From NCBI RefSeq assembly GCF_009914755.1, contig NC_060928.1: a stretch of 64,000 bases of DNA. One strand, written 5' to 3'. The DNA comes from the human T2T-CHM13v2.0 reference genome, Homo sapiens. A model generated the notes under the pieces. That model ran no database searches, had not been told where the DNA came from, and saw nothing but the letters and a program-made list of their open reading frames with translations. Of this stretch, positions 1 to 22,033 are shown piece by piece; positions within the stretch are counted from its first letter, which is position 1; every line of letters starts with the position of its first letter. Both the position numbers and the translations under genes were made by a program.

Positions 1-244
1 ATCATGAGTTATAACAAATCACAGTTTAGTTATAATTACAAAAATAGTGAAATCAGAATGTAAAGGAAAACCTTTATAAATAAGAACATCCTCAACTTTA
101 AAGATGGCTTAGGTTTCTACATATCTCAAGATCTGCTTTGTATTTAAAATGAATAGTGAAGAGTGTATATATAATATACAAATAAAATAACATTGTGCTT
201 CTTAAAAGCTGTATGTAAAGGGAAATATTTTTTAAATTACTAGA

Positions 245-530
245 GGCCAGGCATGGTGGCTCATGCCTGTAATCCCAGCAGTTTGGGAGGCTGAGGCAGA
301 CAGATCGCTTGAGTCCAGGAGTTCAAGACCAGCCTGGGCAACATGGCCAAACCCCCTCTCTACAAAAAGTGCAAAAATTAACTGGGTGTGATGGTGTGCA
401 CCTGTAGTCTCAGCTACTCAGGGGGTGGAGTAGGGTTTGGGTCCAGGAGGTGGAGGTTGCCATGACCCATGACTGCATCACTGTACTCCAGCCTGGGTGA
501 CAGAGCAAGACCTTGTCTCAAAATAATAAA
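245..530 (+). mobile_element. Alu (J-like)
   Basis: GGCCAGGCATGGTGGCTC head, A-rich linker, tail. Confidence 0.9.
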
Positions 531-589
531 ATAAGCCTATAATCCTTTCCCCTTATAAAGTAAAAAATAATTTACTATTCCTTCATTCT

Positions 590-1508
590 TACAGTTTTAT
601 TTTTATTTTAAATTTATATTTTTCTTTTATTGTAAATATATATACATATTTTGCTTTTTTCAACTTTTACTTTAGAATTAGGGGTGCATGTGTAGGTCTG
701 TTGCATAGATATATTGCATCATGCTGAGGTTTGGTGTATAAATGAATCTATAACCCAGGTAGTGAGCATAATACACAACATAAAATAAACAGTTTATTTC
801 AATTCATACCCCCACCGCCTTCCCTCCTTCCCCCATATTGTATCCACCACTATTTTTCCCATTTTCATGACCATGTTTACTCAATATTTAGTTCCCACTT
901 ACAAGTGGGAACAAGTGGTATTTGGTTTTCTGCTTCTTTATTAGTTCACTTAGGATAATGGTTTCCAGCTGCGTGTATGTTGCTGCAAATAACATGATTT
1001 CATTCTTTTCTATGGTTGTGTAGTATTCCACAGTGTATATATAACACATTTTCCATATCCAATCCACCACTGATGGGCACCTGGGCTGATTCCATATCTT
1101 TGCTATTTGTGAATAGCACTGCAATGAACATGCGGGTATATGTGTCTTTTTGATAGAATGATTTATTTTCCTCTGGGTATATACCCACTAGGAGGATTGC
1201 TGGGTTGAATGGTAGTTCAAGTCTCAGTTCTTTGAGAAGTATCCAAACTGCTCTCCACAGTGGCTGAACTAATCTACATTCCCACCAACAGTGTATAAGT
1301 GTTCCCTTCTCTCCACAGCCTTGCCAACATCTGTTATTTTTTGACTTTTTAACAAAAGCCATTCTGACTGATGTGAGATGGTATCTCTTTGTGGTTCTGG
1401 TTTGCATTCTTCTAATGACTGGTGATGATGAGTTATTTTTTCATGTATTTGTTGGCCACTTGTGGGTCTTCTTTTGAGAAGTATATGTTCATGTCCTTTG
1501 CCTACTTT
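590..1508 (-). mobile_element. L1 3' end (L1PB/L1MA-like), ORF2 C-terminus and 3' UTR
   Basis: Minus-strand ORF 1000-1407 resembles the L1 ORF2 C-terminus (HCWWEC...QPLW, PFNPAI); T-rich tail on the left. Confidence 0.85.
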
Positions 1509-1687
1509 TTACTGTACCTTTTCTGTTTAGATATGTTTAGATAAATACCATTGTGTTACAACTGCATACAGTTTTCAGTATGGTAATAGGCTACGCAGGC
1601 TTATATCCCAGCAACAACAAGCTATACCATATAGCCTATGTACGTAGCTTATACTACACACGTAGGCTGTAGTAAGCAGTTCTAATA

Positions 1688-2934
1688 CAGTCATGTGTCA
1701 TTGAAGGATGGGGATACATTCTGAGAAATGTGTCAGGTGATTTTATCATTGTGCAAATATCACAGAATGTACTTACACAAATCTAGATGGTATAGCCTAT
1801 TACATACCTGGGCTATATGGTACAGCCTGTTGCTCTCAGACTACAAACCTGCATGGCTTATTACTGTACTGCACACTGTAGGCAACTGAAACAGAATGGT
1901 AACTATCTGCATATCTAAACATATAAACATAGGAAAGGTACAGTAAAAATACAGTATAAGGTATTTTTTTTAAAGTACACCCGTATAAGGTATTTGCTAT
2001 GAATGGAGCTGCAGGGCCTGAAGTGGCTCGGGGTGAATTACTGAGTGGTGAGTGAATGGGAAAGCCTAGGACTTTATTGTACACTACTGTAGACTTTATA
2101 AACACTGTACACTTATGCTACACTAAATTTAAAAAAATATTTTTCTTTCTTTCATAATTAACCTTAGCTTACTGTGACTTTTTCCATAAACTTCAATTTT
2201 TTAAAACTTTTTGACTCTTGTAATAACACTTAGCCTAAAACACACACATTGCACAGCTCTACAAAAATGTTTTTATATGCTTATTCCAAAAACTTTTTTC
2301 TACTTAAAATTTTTTTCTTTTACTTTTTAAACTTTTTTGTTAAAAACTAAGACACAAACTCAGACAGTAGCCTGCATCTATATCAAGTCAGGATCATCCA
2401 TATCACTGTCTTCCGCCTCCAGATCCTGTCCTACTGGAAAGGAGAGGACACATGGAGCTGTCATCTCCTATAGTAACAATGCCTTCCTCTTGAATACCTT
2501 CTGAAGGACCTGCCTAAGGCTGTTTTTACAGTTAACGTTTTTTCTTTTCTTGTTTTTATTAAGAATCAACTTTCTGCAATTTTTTTCTTTTTTTATGTAA
2601 TGTTTCTTCTTTAGAAGTAGCAAGAGTACACTCTACAAAAACAATAAGAAGTAGAGTAAATACATAAGCCTGTAACATAATCATTTATTAGCATGAATAG
2701 GTATTAGGCACTATATATAACCATGTGTTATACCTTTTATACAACTGGCAATGAGGTAAGTTTGTTTACACCAGCATCACCACAAGCATGTGAGTAAAGC
2801 ACTGTGCTAGGACATTATGATAGCTACAACATTACTAAGTGATAGGAATTTTTCAGCTCCATTCTAATCTTATGGGACCACCACTGTATATGGGGTCCAT
2901 CGTTGACCAAAATGTCCTTATGTGGCACATGATT
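1688..2934 (+). mobile_element. Tigger3/MER7 (Golem) DNA transposon, about 1.2 kb
   Basis: CAGTCATGTG...GGGGATACATTCTGAGAAATG start and degenerate inverted terminus; an opposite-strand fragment lies at about 1505-1680. Confidence 0.75.
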
Positions 2935-3112
2935 ATACCCCTTTCTGAGAAACATGAAAAAGATTAAAATACTGATTTACTAGCGGAATGGATGAAGTAA
3001 AGGTGATCTTCCTTAAACACAGAATCTTAAAATTTCTTAATATAGAATGCTTAAGTGTTAACTATAGGATCACTTTCGCCATTATTATTTTTCTCTTCTA
3101 TTAAATTACATC

Positions 3113-3450
3113 TGTGCTATCTTCTAAATGTCCTCCAAAATCATGTGTTGAAACTTAATCCCCACTGTGCTAATATTAAGAGGGGGAACCTTTGGGAAAT
3201 GATGAAATCATAAGGGCTCTGTGCTCATGAATGGATTAGTGCCTTAAGAGAGGACTGGAGGGAACTAGCTTAGGCCCATTTTGTCCTTCTGCCTTCCATG
3301 TGAGGACACAGTGTTCATCCCCTCTGGAGGATGCTGTAACAAGCAAAATCTGAGAAACAGAGAGGGCAGCCCTCACCAGACACCAAACTTGCTGGTACCT
3401 TGATTTTAGACTTCCCAACCTTCAGAACTATGAGAAATAATTATCTATCA
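3113..3450 (+). mobile_element. MaLR LTR (MST/MLT1A-like)
   Basis: AAAATCATGTGTTGAAACTTAATCCCC and CACCAGACACC...GACTTCCCAACCTTCAGAACTATGAGAAATAA motifs. Confidence 0.75.
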
Positions 3451-3797
3451 TTAGCACAGTGGCTCACAGTTATAATCCCAGCTTTTTGGGAGGCCCAAGG
3501 CAGTAGGATCATTTGAGCCCGAGTTTGAGACCAGCCTGGGCAACATAGCAAGACCCCATCTCTACAAAAAAAATGTTTTAAATTAGTCAGGCACGGTGGT
3601 GCATGCATCTAGTCCCAGCTGCTCAGGCGGCTGTGGCAGGAGGACTGCTTAAGCCCAAGAGTTCACCAAAAAATTTTAATATTTCACTGAGAGATAAGAA
3701 GAAAGTACTTTAAATGTGTAATGAGAAACAATCAACAAAGGCTTTTCCATACTGCTTTATCACTTTTCCAATTTTATTAAAACTGGTTGCTTTTAGG

Positions 3798-3976
3798 AGA
3801 ACAACATGATCCTACAGATGATGAGCAAAGTTCACTGAGGACTTTTTCATCCAAGGCTAAGTAGATTATATTTCACTATCAGGTGTAGATAAACAATCCC
3901 ACTTAACAGATGGTAACAATGAAGTAGAGATTAAATTACTGGAATAGAGATATACAGTAAAACACTAGTATAGCTG
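3798..3976 (+). repeat. Direct repeat copy 1 (179 bp) of a local duplication flanking KLHL8 exon 2
   Basis: About 90% identical (17 mismatches by hand count) to 5228-5406. Confidence 0.95.
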
Positions 3977-4381
3977 AGTAAACAATCCAAAATTCCTGAC
4001 TTCTAACTTACTTCTGTATTCAGAGTAAGCAAATACATCAAGATATTTAAATTCACAAGTGAAAAGCTTATCTGGTCAACAGCAATTTATTAATTTCACT
4101 AATAATATTTGTTGTTCTAGGGTTTCAGAACTCTCAGAAGTTAACTAAGAGATAATGAATATCAACATTAAATTAGTACAATAATTTTATCTTATGCTAA
4201 CTTCTCTTCATTTACCCTCTATGTCCTTTCTCCTACACTAAAAAAAAAGATTGAGACTAAAAGCATTCTGACTGTATCAAATATGTATAGCAACAAAATT
4301 TGCCTTGTATGGTTACAGAAACCCCCATTTCTCATATTACACTGAAGAGGCCTGAGAAAAGTACAAAAAAGGCAATCTCAC

Positions 4382-4597
4382 CTTGAGTGTGACATCACAG
4401 AGTTCTCCATTTTCATAAAATCGAAGAAGAGAACCATGAAAATCTTTCCAAGCTTCATTTGCTTCAAAAATAAAGGAATCTTCTCCATCACCATCACTAA
4501 TTGAGGATCTGTTCTTTATTTGCTGGTGCTGTTGTTGCCTTTTCCCCTTTGTAATGTGATTCCTAGCTTGTTTACTACTCATAGAATCTGAAGCCAT
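4382..4597 (-). CDS. KLHL8: Kelch-like protein 8, first coding exon (codons 1-72)
   Basis: ATG at 4597; MASDSMSSKQARNHITKGKRQQQHQQ...LLRFYENGELCDVTLK, the BTB-Kelch N-terminus I recognise as KLHL8; phase-0 donor AAG|GTGAGA after 4382. Confidence 0.95.
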
Positions 4598-4748
4598 TTG
4601 CAATATTCCTCTTTTAATAGAGCTCTCTTCTCAAACATGCCATTTATTTTTTTTCAAAGGGTAGAGAGAAGGCAGAAGGTAGATGTAGACACTACAATTC
4701 AGACGTTTTTCAAAACCCACTCAACTGCCATTGTACAGTTTGCTGTGA
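4598..4748 (-). other. KLHL8: KLHL8 exon 2, 5' UTR part (151 nt) carrying three uATGs
   Basis: Acceptor ttgatttttcAG| before 4748. Confidence 0.85.
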
Positions 4749-5227
4749 CTGAAAAATCAACAATAAAACAGGTAGAGACAAACGAAAAGAAAAAAATTAT
4801 TGTTAACTATAATTTGTTAATACTATATATGCAAAATAACTATATCAATCATATTTATAAAAGAACAAAAACTTTGTTTTTATGCTAAATAACACATAAT
4901 TCACTTTTGCTAATTATTTTATATCAATAAAGGAACTCCTTTAAAATCCAACAAGAACAACTGACTTGAGCACATGACTTTTGAGATGTGTAATATGCTA
5001 TCTTCAAAGAGAAAGGCCATGAACTAAAATTTTTCTATTTTTTAATTTTTATTTTAGAGATGGGGTTTCTCCATGTTCCCCATGCTGGTCTCAAACTCCT
5101 GGGCTCATGCAATCTACCCACCTAGGCCTCTCAAAGTGCTGGGATTACATGCTTGAACCATCATACGTGGCCATGAACTAAAAATCTTAAGTTTTGAGGC
5201 TTAACTGGGAGTTTTTTTTTTTTTAGC

Positions 5228-5406
5228 AGAACAACATGATCCTATAGATGATAGGTAAAGTTCACTAAAGATTTTTTCATCCAAGCCTAAGTAGACCGTA
5301 TTTTACTATCAAGTGCAGATAAACAATCCCACTTAACAGATGATAACAATTAAGTAGAGATGAAATTACTGGAATAGAGATATACAGTAAAACACTAGTA
5401 TAGCTG
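5228..5406 (+). repeat. Direct repeat copy 2 (179 bp)
   Basis: Matches 3798-3976. Confidence 0.95.
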
Positions 5407-6179
5407 CCTTCCAGCTATACAATTTAGTAATGCAATGCCAAAACAGAAGGATATTTTGATTGAATTAGGTTCATCCTAGATTCTGAAGTCAGACTATGGT
5501 TCTACCACATACCAACTGTATGAGCTTGAGCAAATGACAACCTGCTTAGACCTCGATCTCTTCTGTAAAATAGAGATACCACTTAAGGAAATATTTTGAG
5601 GATTAAAAATATTTTACTGCCAAACATACGAAATGCTGCACTCTTAAAAAGATCTCATTTTATTTGCATTTTCACATAGAACTTATTAGTATTTACATAT
5701 AAAATCAAACTTTCCTCATCATCAAAGCATATTTGATGAATATCCACACCATCCATAATTCTATGCTACAATTCTACTTTGGTGACAGAAACAGAGATTT
5801 TAAGTTACTAATGAAACACCTATTCCATCACTTACTGGCTGTGTAATTTTTTTTGAGGCTGTGTAATTTGTAAAACTGAGGCTTTACTAATCCTCAGTTT
5901 CTTCATCTATAAACAGGGATACCTATCTACCTCATGGCACTATCCTGAGAAATACATCAAATACAATAATGAATTTACAAGTGCTTGTTTAAAATATTGG
6001 TATTATTAGAGTGGAAAGCTCTGCTTATTATGTAGTTTCAGAAAACTCTAAATATTCTAACCAGAACTTTAGCTACATTAGGTTCTTTATTGTTAATCTC
6101 ATCATTTCCAGCTTTTGACAGAAATCAATGGTTAATGTAAGGTTATAGATTACAGTTATTAATGCCTTCTTATGGTTTC

Positions 6180-6730
6180 TGTGGCAGACATACATGACAG
6201 TGATCCTTAATGAGTCATGTCTTCATATAATCCCCTTGCATGCAGGAAGAACCTGTGACTTGCTTCTAATTGACGGAATGTGGGAAAGTGATGAGATGCC
6301 ACTCTCTTGATTATGTTACATTATAGAATACAGTATGAGCAGACTGGAGTAAGAAGCTTTCCTGCAGGCCTTGAAAAGCAAACCACCATGGAGACAGTCA
6401 TGTAGCAGGGAAACTATAGGCAATCCCTAGGACCTGAGAGAGGCTTTCACCTGACAGTCAATAAAAAGCCAGGCCCTCAGTCATACAGCTCCAAGGAAAT
6501 GAATTCTGCCAATGACCTGAATAAGTGTGGAAGCAGATTTCTTCATAATTGAGCCTCTACATAATACAGCCTGGCCAATAGCTTTATTGCAGCCTTATGA
6601 GATCCTAAGCAAAGGACTCAACTACACTGTGCCCAAACTCCTGATGCACGGAAACTGTGAGATAATAAATGCATGTTATTTTAAGCCACTAAATTGTGGT
6701 AATTTGTTACACACAATAAAAAATGAATAT
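6180..6730 (+). mobile_element. MaLR LTR (MLT1F-like)
   Basis: CTGTGACTTGCTTCTAA, GAATTCTGCCAA, TTTTAAGCCACTAAATTGTGGTAATTTGTTAC motifs. Confidence 0.75.
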
Positions 6731-6884
6731 AGACACCTTCTGTCAGGTCTAAAATTTTATCTGAGGAAAGCATCTATAGATATTCTAACAGGCACCAGCC
6801 ACTGTAATATCTCTCTTAAATTCACATTCCTGCTGCAAAATCAACAAAAAACAGATGGGACAAATAGAAAACAAATAGCATAAT

Positions 6885-14562
<7,678 letters not shown>

Positions 14563-14619
14563 TCATTTAGTCCTCACTACAACTCTATGAAGTAGCTACT
14601 TTTATTTTGCCCTTTATCC

Positions 14620-14859
14620 TTCCGCCTCAGCACCCCCTGCCCAAGTAGCTGGAACTATAGGCGTGCACCACCATACAGGGCTAATTTTTGTATTTTTTGT
14701 AGAGATGGGGTTTTGCCATGTTGCCCAGGCTGGTCTTGAACTCCTGGACTCAAGCGATCTGCCCACTTAGGCCTCCCAAAATGCTGGGACTACAGGCCTG
14801 AGCCACTGCACCCAGGAGTCTTCTTTCACTTATTTTGCCATGCCATATTTTGTGCCCTA
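14620..14859 (-). repeat. Duplicated Alu fragment plus 44 bp of unique flank, copied from about 17530-17733
   Basis: Shared non-Alu flank GAGTCTTCTTTCACTTATTTTG(C/T)CATGCCATATTTTGTG(C/T)CCTA. Confidence 0.85.
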
Positions 14860-16013
14860 ACTATCTGAAGAAACTGAGGCACAGCAAGATGGAGTGAAGC
14901 CCAAGTAAGTGGTGGAGCCAGGATGTGAACCTAGGCAGCAGGGCTCCCCAGCCTGTGCTATTAACTACCACACTACAGTTCAAAGCACTTTAGAAGTGAA
15001 ATATAATTACAGAACAAAATATATGAAAAACCAAGGTCCTTATCTTCTCCCTCACTATACTTTTAGATTCCCCTACTTTTACAAGTAGCAACACCATTTT
15101 TTCAGTTACCCTACTTCAAAACATGAGCCATATTTGACTCCTCTCAACTTTCACAACCTATCCACTTCAATTCTCCTGGATTCTACTTGGAAAAATCTCT
15201 GTTCATCCATCCCTTTCTTCCTATTGTCATTGAACTCTATTCTCTCTCATTGTACTCCAGTTCAGATCCACATACTAACCTGGATTGTAGTGACTTCCCC
15301 TAACCAATCACCACATTCCTCCTTGCCATCAATAAACATCTCTCAAGGATTAGATGCTGCTGGATTTATCTAACTCAAACTGTCCTTTCCAAACTGCTTA
15401 ATGTATGTAGCTCAGCTTATCCTGGCATTCAAGGTCCTCATTGCTCTGGCTCTAGTCTACCTTCCAGTCTTTTTCTCCATTCATTTTTTACATAAAGTAG
15501 GGAAAGGGGGAAAGAAGATGGAAAAACTACTTATTAAACCACTGTGCACCACCTATTTTGCCAGTAATCTTAAATATACTCTTGTTTAAGCATCACCTTA
15601 TGGATGGTTCTAACATCCCTGACTTGCCCAAGGCCACACAGTTCTGTAGAAATGGTGGGAGATGGGGTTTCAATCCAGCTGTGATTAAGTCCATTCTTTT
15701 TCTACTATATCACAGATTTAATTATTCAGTTTTCCTCAAATGTATTTGCAAATGCTCAAGCTATTCCTTGTGAGGGAATGATGTCAAGGCCCAACTTAAA
15801 TAATTCCTTTTTATGAATTATTTCCTAATTCTCCCAATGGGATGTGATCTTTCTTGTGAACCCCCATAGTACGCTGTATTTCTCCAACTCGTTCACTTTT
15901 TTTCTTTTGTATTTTAGACTTGCCTGCTTAACACAGTCTACTCTTTTTTGAAGACTGTGTCTTAACAATATCTATGTATTTGCCGACAATGAGCCGGAGT
16001 CATGAGTGACTGA

Positions 16014-17372
<1,359 letters not shown>

Positions 17373-17411
17373 CCTTGGTCAACTCTTGTTAGTCTAGTGA
17401 GTTGTCTTCTT

Positions 17412-17690
17412 CTTCTTTTTTTCTTTTTTTTTTTTTTTGAGGCAGGGTCTCACTCTGCCACCCAGGCTACAGTGCAGTGGCACAATCTCGGCTTATCACA
17501 GCCTTGACCTCCCAGGCTCCAGCAATCCTACAGGCATGCAACCACCATGCTGGGCCAATTTTTGTATTTTTTGTAGAGATGGGGTTTTGCCATGTTGCCC
17601 AGGCTGGTCTTGAACTCCTGGACTCAGGCCATCTTCCCCCCTGGGCCTCCCAAAATGCGGGGACTACAGGCCTGAGCCACTGCGCCCAGG
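17412..17690 (-). mobile_element. AluJ-like with internal deletion
   Basis: Reverse Alu consensus with T tail. Confidence 0.85.
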
Positions 17691-18896
17691 AGTCTTCTTT
17701 CACTTATTTTGTCATGCCATATTTTGTGTCCTATATGAGTATTATGACAGCAGGTATCACTAATATCTTATTTTTAAACTTTACTAAGTTAAAATGCATA
17801 CAGTTCAAAATGACCATATACTTTTCCCCCTTACATCAAACTACTCTAGCTCTATCTAGTGAAAGTTTTATTATTGTTGTCACAAAATGTTTTCATTTGT
17901 CAGCGTACTATTTCTATGAAAAGGGCTTTAATAAATATTCATTTTTATAAAATTATTTTTACATTTGAATTCAGATTTGGATAGGACACAACAGCTCAAA
18001 AGCTGTCTATACCAAATTCTCTTAAAATGGTCTGTTTAAATAATGCAATGTCCTCAACTTTAAAAAATCTATTATATATAATAGAACAGGAAGACAGAAG
18101 CAGGAAAAGAGTACTTACTCAAAGACTATTCACTCTGCCTAAGAAACTCAGTAGACGTTAGGACTTATAAAGTCCGTATATTAGTATCAAGTAAATATGT
18201 AATTCAACCTACACTCCAGAATTTAAAACAATCAGAATTTTTTTAAAAATATGCCTAAGATTCTGATTTTTAGGGAGAAAAATAAATGATATTCCTCCTT
18301 CCTCAAATATATTAAAAGATTAAAAGCACAAAACAACAGAGAGGAAAAAAATGGACATCCGTGGCACATCATTGTCATAACATGCTACAGATGTCCATTT
18401 CTATCACATGTTGGCATATTATGACAATGAAGCAGACAGAAAGCTGATTCCTTTTTTTTTGCTCCTCTAAGTGCCAGTAAAGGCATATCGATCAACAAAA
18501 TAGGAAGTTATGAAGAGAAAATACTTCAAACAGAAGCAGACAGGTTTATAGTTCAACGCAGAGCATATGTAACAAAACTAATATATTTTTATAAGTAAAC
18601 ATTATTTCCAATGAATTACAGAAAACAGGACTGATAGCAAAAGCTTAAAGATACTATTGTGCTAAGCCAGACCACCTTATTCTCGTTCTCTAGCTTCCTT
18701 TGTACTTATAATTTCTATCACATTTAGCATGTGATATTAATATGTAATACCATTACGCTGAATACTGTACTAACTCACTTTACACTGTATTATCCTCATA
18801 ACTCTTTGCAGCACAGTGACTGTGTTTTCATACTACACATTAATCAAAAGACTACTAAACAGAAAGAGGAACTCCAAATGGCACTTGGTGTTCCGT

Positions 18897-19210
18897 TTTG
18901 GGTTTTTTGTTTTTTTTTTTTTTGAGGCAAGGCCTGGCTCTATTGGCCCAAGCTGGAGTGCAGTGGCGCAATCTTGGCTTACTGCAATCTCTGACTTCCG
19001 GGCTCAAGCCATCCTCCCACCTCAGCCTTCTGAGTAGCTGGGACTACATACAGGCACACACCTCCACACCGGGCTAATTTTTGTATTTTTTGTAGAGATG
19101 GGGTTTTGCCATGTTTCCCAGGCTGGTGGTGAACTCGTGAGCTCCAGCAATCTGCCGGCTTCGGACTACCAAAGTGCTGGGATTACAGGCATGAGCCACT
19201 ACGCCCAGCC
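18897..19210 (-). mobile_element. Alu (J-like) with TSD CCAAATGGCACTT
   Basis: TSD at 18874-18886 and 19211-19223. Confidence 0.9.
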
Positions 19211-19239
19211 CCAAATGGCACTTTGAAAGCACCTCTTAA

Positions 19240-19578
<339 letters not shown>

Positions 19579-20562
19579 TTAGATGAAGATTTTGGATACA
19601 AAAGATTATATTTTATAGCAGTATGTGATTAATTTTAGAGCTACCCCTGAAAGTTGATGGAAGACGTGTGTGCATTTACCAAAATCAATTCTTGCATACT
19701 TGTGAAATAACAAAATGGCAAACCCCACCCCATGTTCCATAGAGCAAAACCTGAATGTGTTTAATTTTCCACATACTTTAGGCTATTTCACACCTCTCTG
19801 CCTCCTTTCAGGCTTTCTGCTCTTTCTGAAATGCCCTTTACCACCCCTCTCTCCTGCTAACTCTTGCTCATCTTCTAAGATCAGCCCAGGTTCATCTGCT
19901 CAGGAAGGCCATCCCAAAACATCTTCCTATTCCTAGTGTACTTCCTCTGTGCTCCCACAAAAGTCTGATATTTTTTTCATTATACTTATCACAAAGTATA
20001 CCCTATTCAATTTTTGGTCAAATTCAAAATACTTAATACTTATAAGTGCCTATTCACTACTAGTCTTCCCTGTAACACTACATAAGCCCCTAAAGTATAG
20101 GCACCGTCTCTCTTCACTGCTATTACTCCCATGTTCAGTAAACACATATAACACAATAAACAAACAGAAGTACTTAAAATATTTTTATAATGGATGAACA
20201 GATTATGAACACTAGAGATTATTTTTCTACTATAATCCAAATTAATGTATGCTTAAATAATTTTAACTAAAGTAACACTGTGCATAAGACATTTACTTCA
20301 ATTTTTGAATCACTTTATTTCAAAGGTAATACTCTTCTTAAAATTTCCATTTTTACTTTTAAGTCAGGAAAAAAGTAGGCTATACTCATTATTTCCTTTT
20401 TATTTACATTTAAAATTTTGAATCAAACAGTCCAAAATATACCAATCATTAAACGAGAATCTGCTGGTTTGAAAAACTGTATAATAGCTTCAATAGTTCC
20501 TACTCAAAGTATACATGACTTCCAACAAATTACTGCCGTGACTTTAAAAAAATGTTTTTCTT

Positions 20563-20776
20563 GGCCAGGCACAGTGGCTCAAGCCTGTAATCCCAGCACT
20601 TTGGGAGGCCAAGGCAGGCAGATCACTTGAGCCCAGGAGTTTGAGACCAGCCTGGACAACAAAGCAAAACCCCATCTCTACAAAAAATACAAAAATTAGC
20701 CAGGCATAGTGGCACATGCCTGTGGTCCCAGCTACTTGAGCCTGGGAGATGGAGGTTGCAATGAGCCGAGATCACT
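20563..20776 (+). mobile_element. Alu truncated at its 3' end (no tail)
   Basis: Alu consensus stops at GAGATCAC and joins unique sequence. Confidence 0.85.
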
Positions 20777-21680
20777 GAGTTGGAAAGAATAATTTCCTAA
20801 CTGGAAGTCAGGGCGTGCTGAAATTCAACACTGATAGGAGACCCAATGGAGAGATCTAGTAGGTTACTGGAAAGACTGATTAGAGAGGTCACTGGTGCTG
20901 AAGTCAAAGTCATAGTTAAACTTAAGTGTGAATTAGATGCCTGCAACAGCTCGATGTCAGAGTCCTCTTTTAGACAGATGTGTTCTTGAACAATAACTGA
21001 GTAAAGACCAACAATAACATGGCCTTCAGTTAGTAGTACAGCAACACTGTCTGCTGAAAACTGTCCTTACGTATAGAAAAAAGGTAGATTTAATGAAAGG
21101 GAAAATGATCAATGAGAATATTTAAAAATCCTTATTAATCAATGAAATTAAATATTGCCAAAGACAAAAAATAAAATTGGTAGGGCTGTCAGGAAATAAA
21201 CACTCTCACACTGCTGTTCATATAAGCCTTCCTAGGCTCCATTTAGCTAAGATATCCAAAATCTTTTTAATTTACGTGCCCTCTCATGTAACAGTTCCAC
21301 CTTTTAAGAAATATCTTGATGACTTAGGCTGTGAGTTATACAACCTAGTAATTTTTTTTTGAAAACTGAAAAGCTAAAAACAACCAGTTACCAATGAGCT
21401 GGGAGGACTGCTTGAGCCTACCAGGAGTTCAAGACCAGCCTGAGCAACATAGTGAGAGCCAGTCTCGACAAAAGATCAAAAAATTAGCCAGGTGAGGTGG
21501 CTTGCACTTGTAGTCCCAGCTACTCAGGGGACTGAGGTAGGAGGATCATCTGAGCCCAGGGAGGTCAAGGCTGTAGTGAGCCATGATCTTGCCAGTGGAC
21601 TCCAGCCTAAGCGACACAGTGAGACCTTATCTCAAAAAGAAAAAAAAAAATTTTCTTAACAATAGCATTTACAGTCTTTA

Positions 21681-22033
21681 CAGTCATGTGCTGCATATCA
21701 GTGTTCTGGTCCACAATAGATGATGATGGTGACCAATGCATAGATGATAGTCTCATAAGATTATAACACTTTATTTTTGCTGTACCTTTTCTGTTTAGAC
21801 ACACGAATAGGTAACCACTGTGTTACAGTATTGACTATATTATTCAGCATGTTACTACATGCTATATAGGTTTGTAACCCAGGAGCAACAGGCTACACCA
21901 CAGAGCCTAGGTGTGTAGTAGGCTATACCACCTAGGTTTGTGTAAGTATACTCTATGACGTTTGCACAATGGCAAAATTGCCTATTAACATGTTTCTTAA
22001 GAGTGTATCCCCATCCTTAAATGACACACGCAA
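21681..22033 (-). mobile_element. Tigger3a/MER7A-like
   Basis: CAGTCATGTG terminus and GTAGTAGGCTATACCACCTAGGTTTGTGTAAG motif. Confidence 0.75.

Noticed and set aside
1000-1407. 135-aa ORF
   Set aside because: Remnant of the L1 ORF2 C-terminus, not a host gene
1505-1945. Apparent inverted duplication
   Set aside because: Two diverged Tigger3-family pieces in opposite orientation; the similarity is family-level
18430-18704. Possible further exon of the nested gene (YKGS*RTRIRW...)
   Set aside because: Poor acceptor, several stops and no clear donor; left out of the exon list
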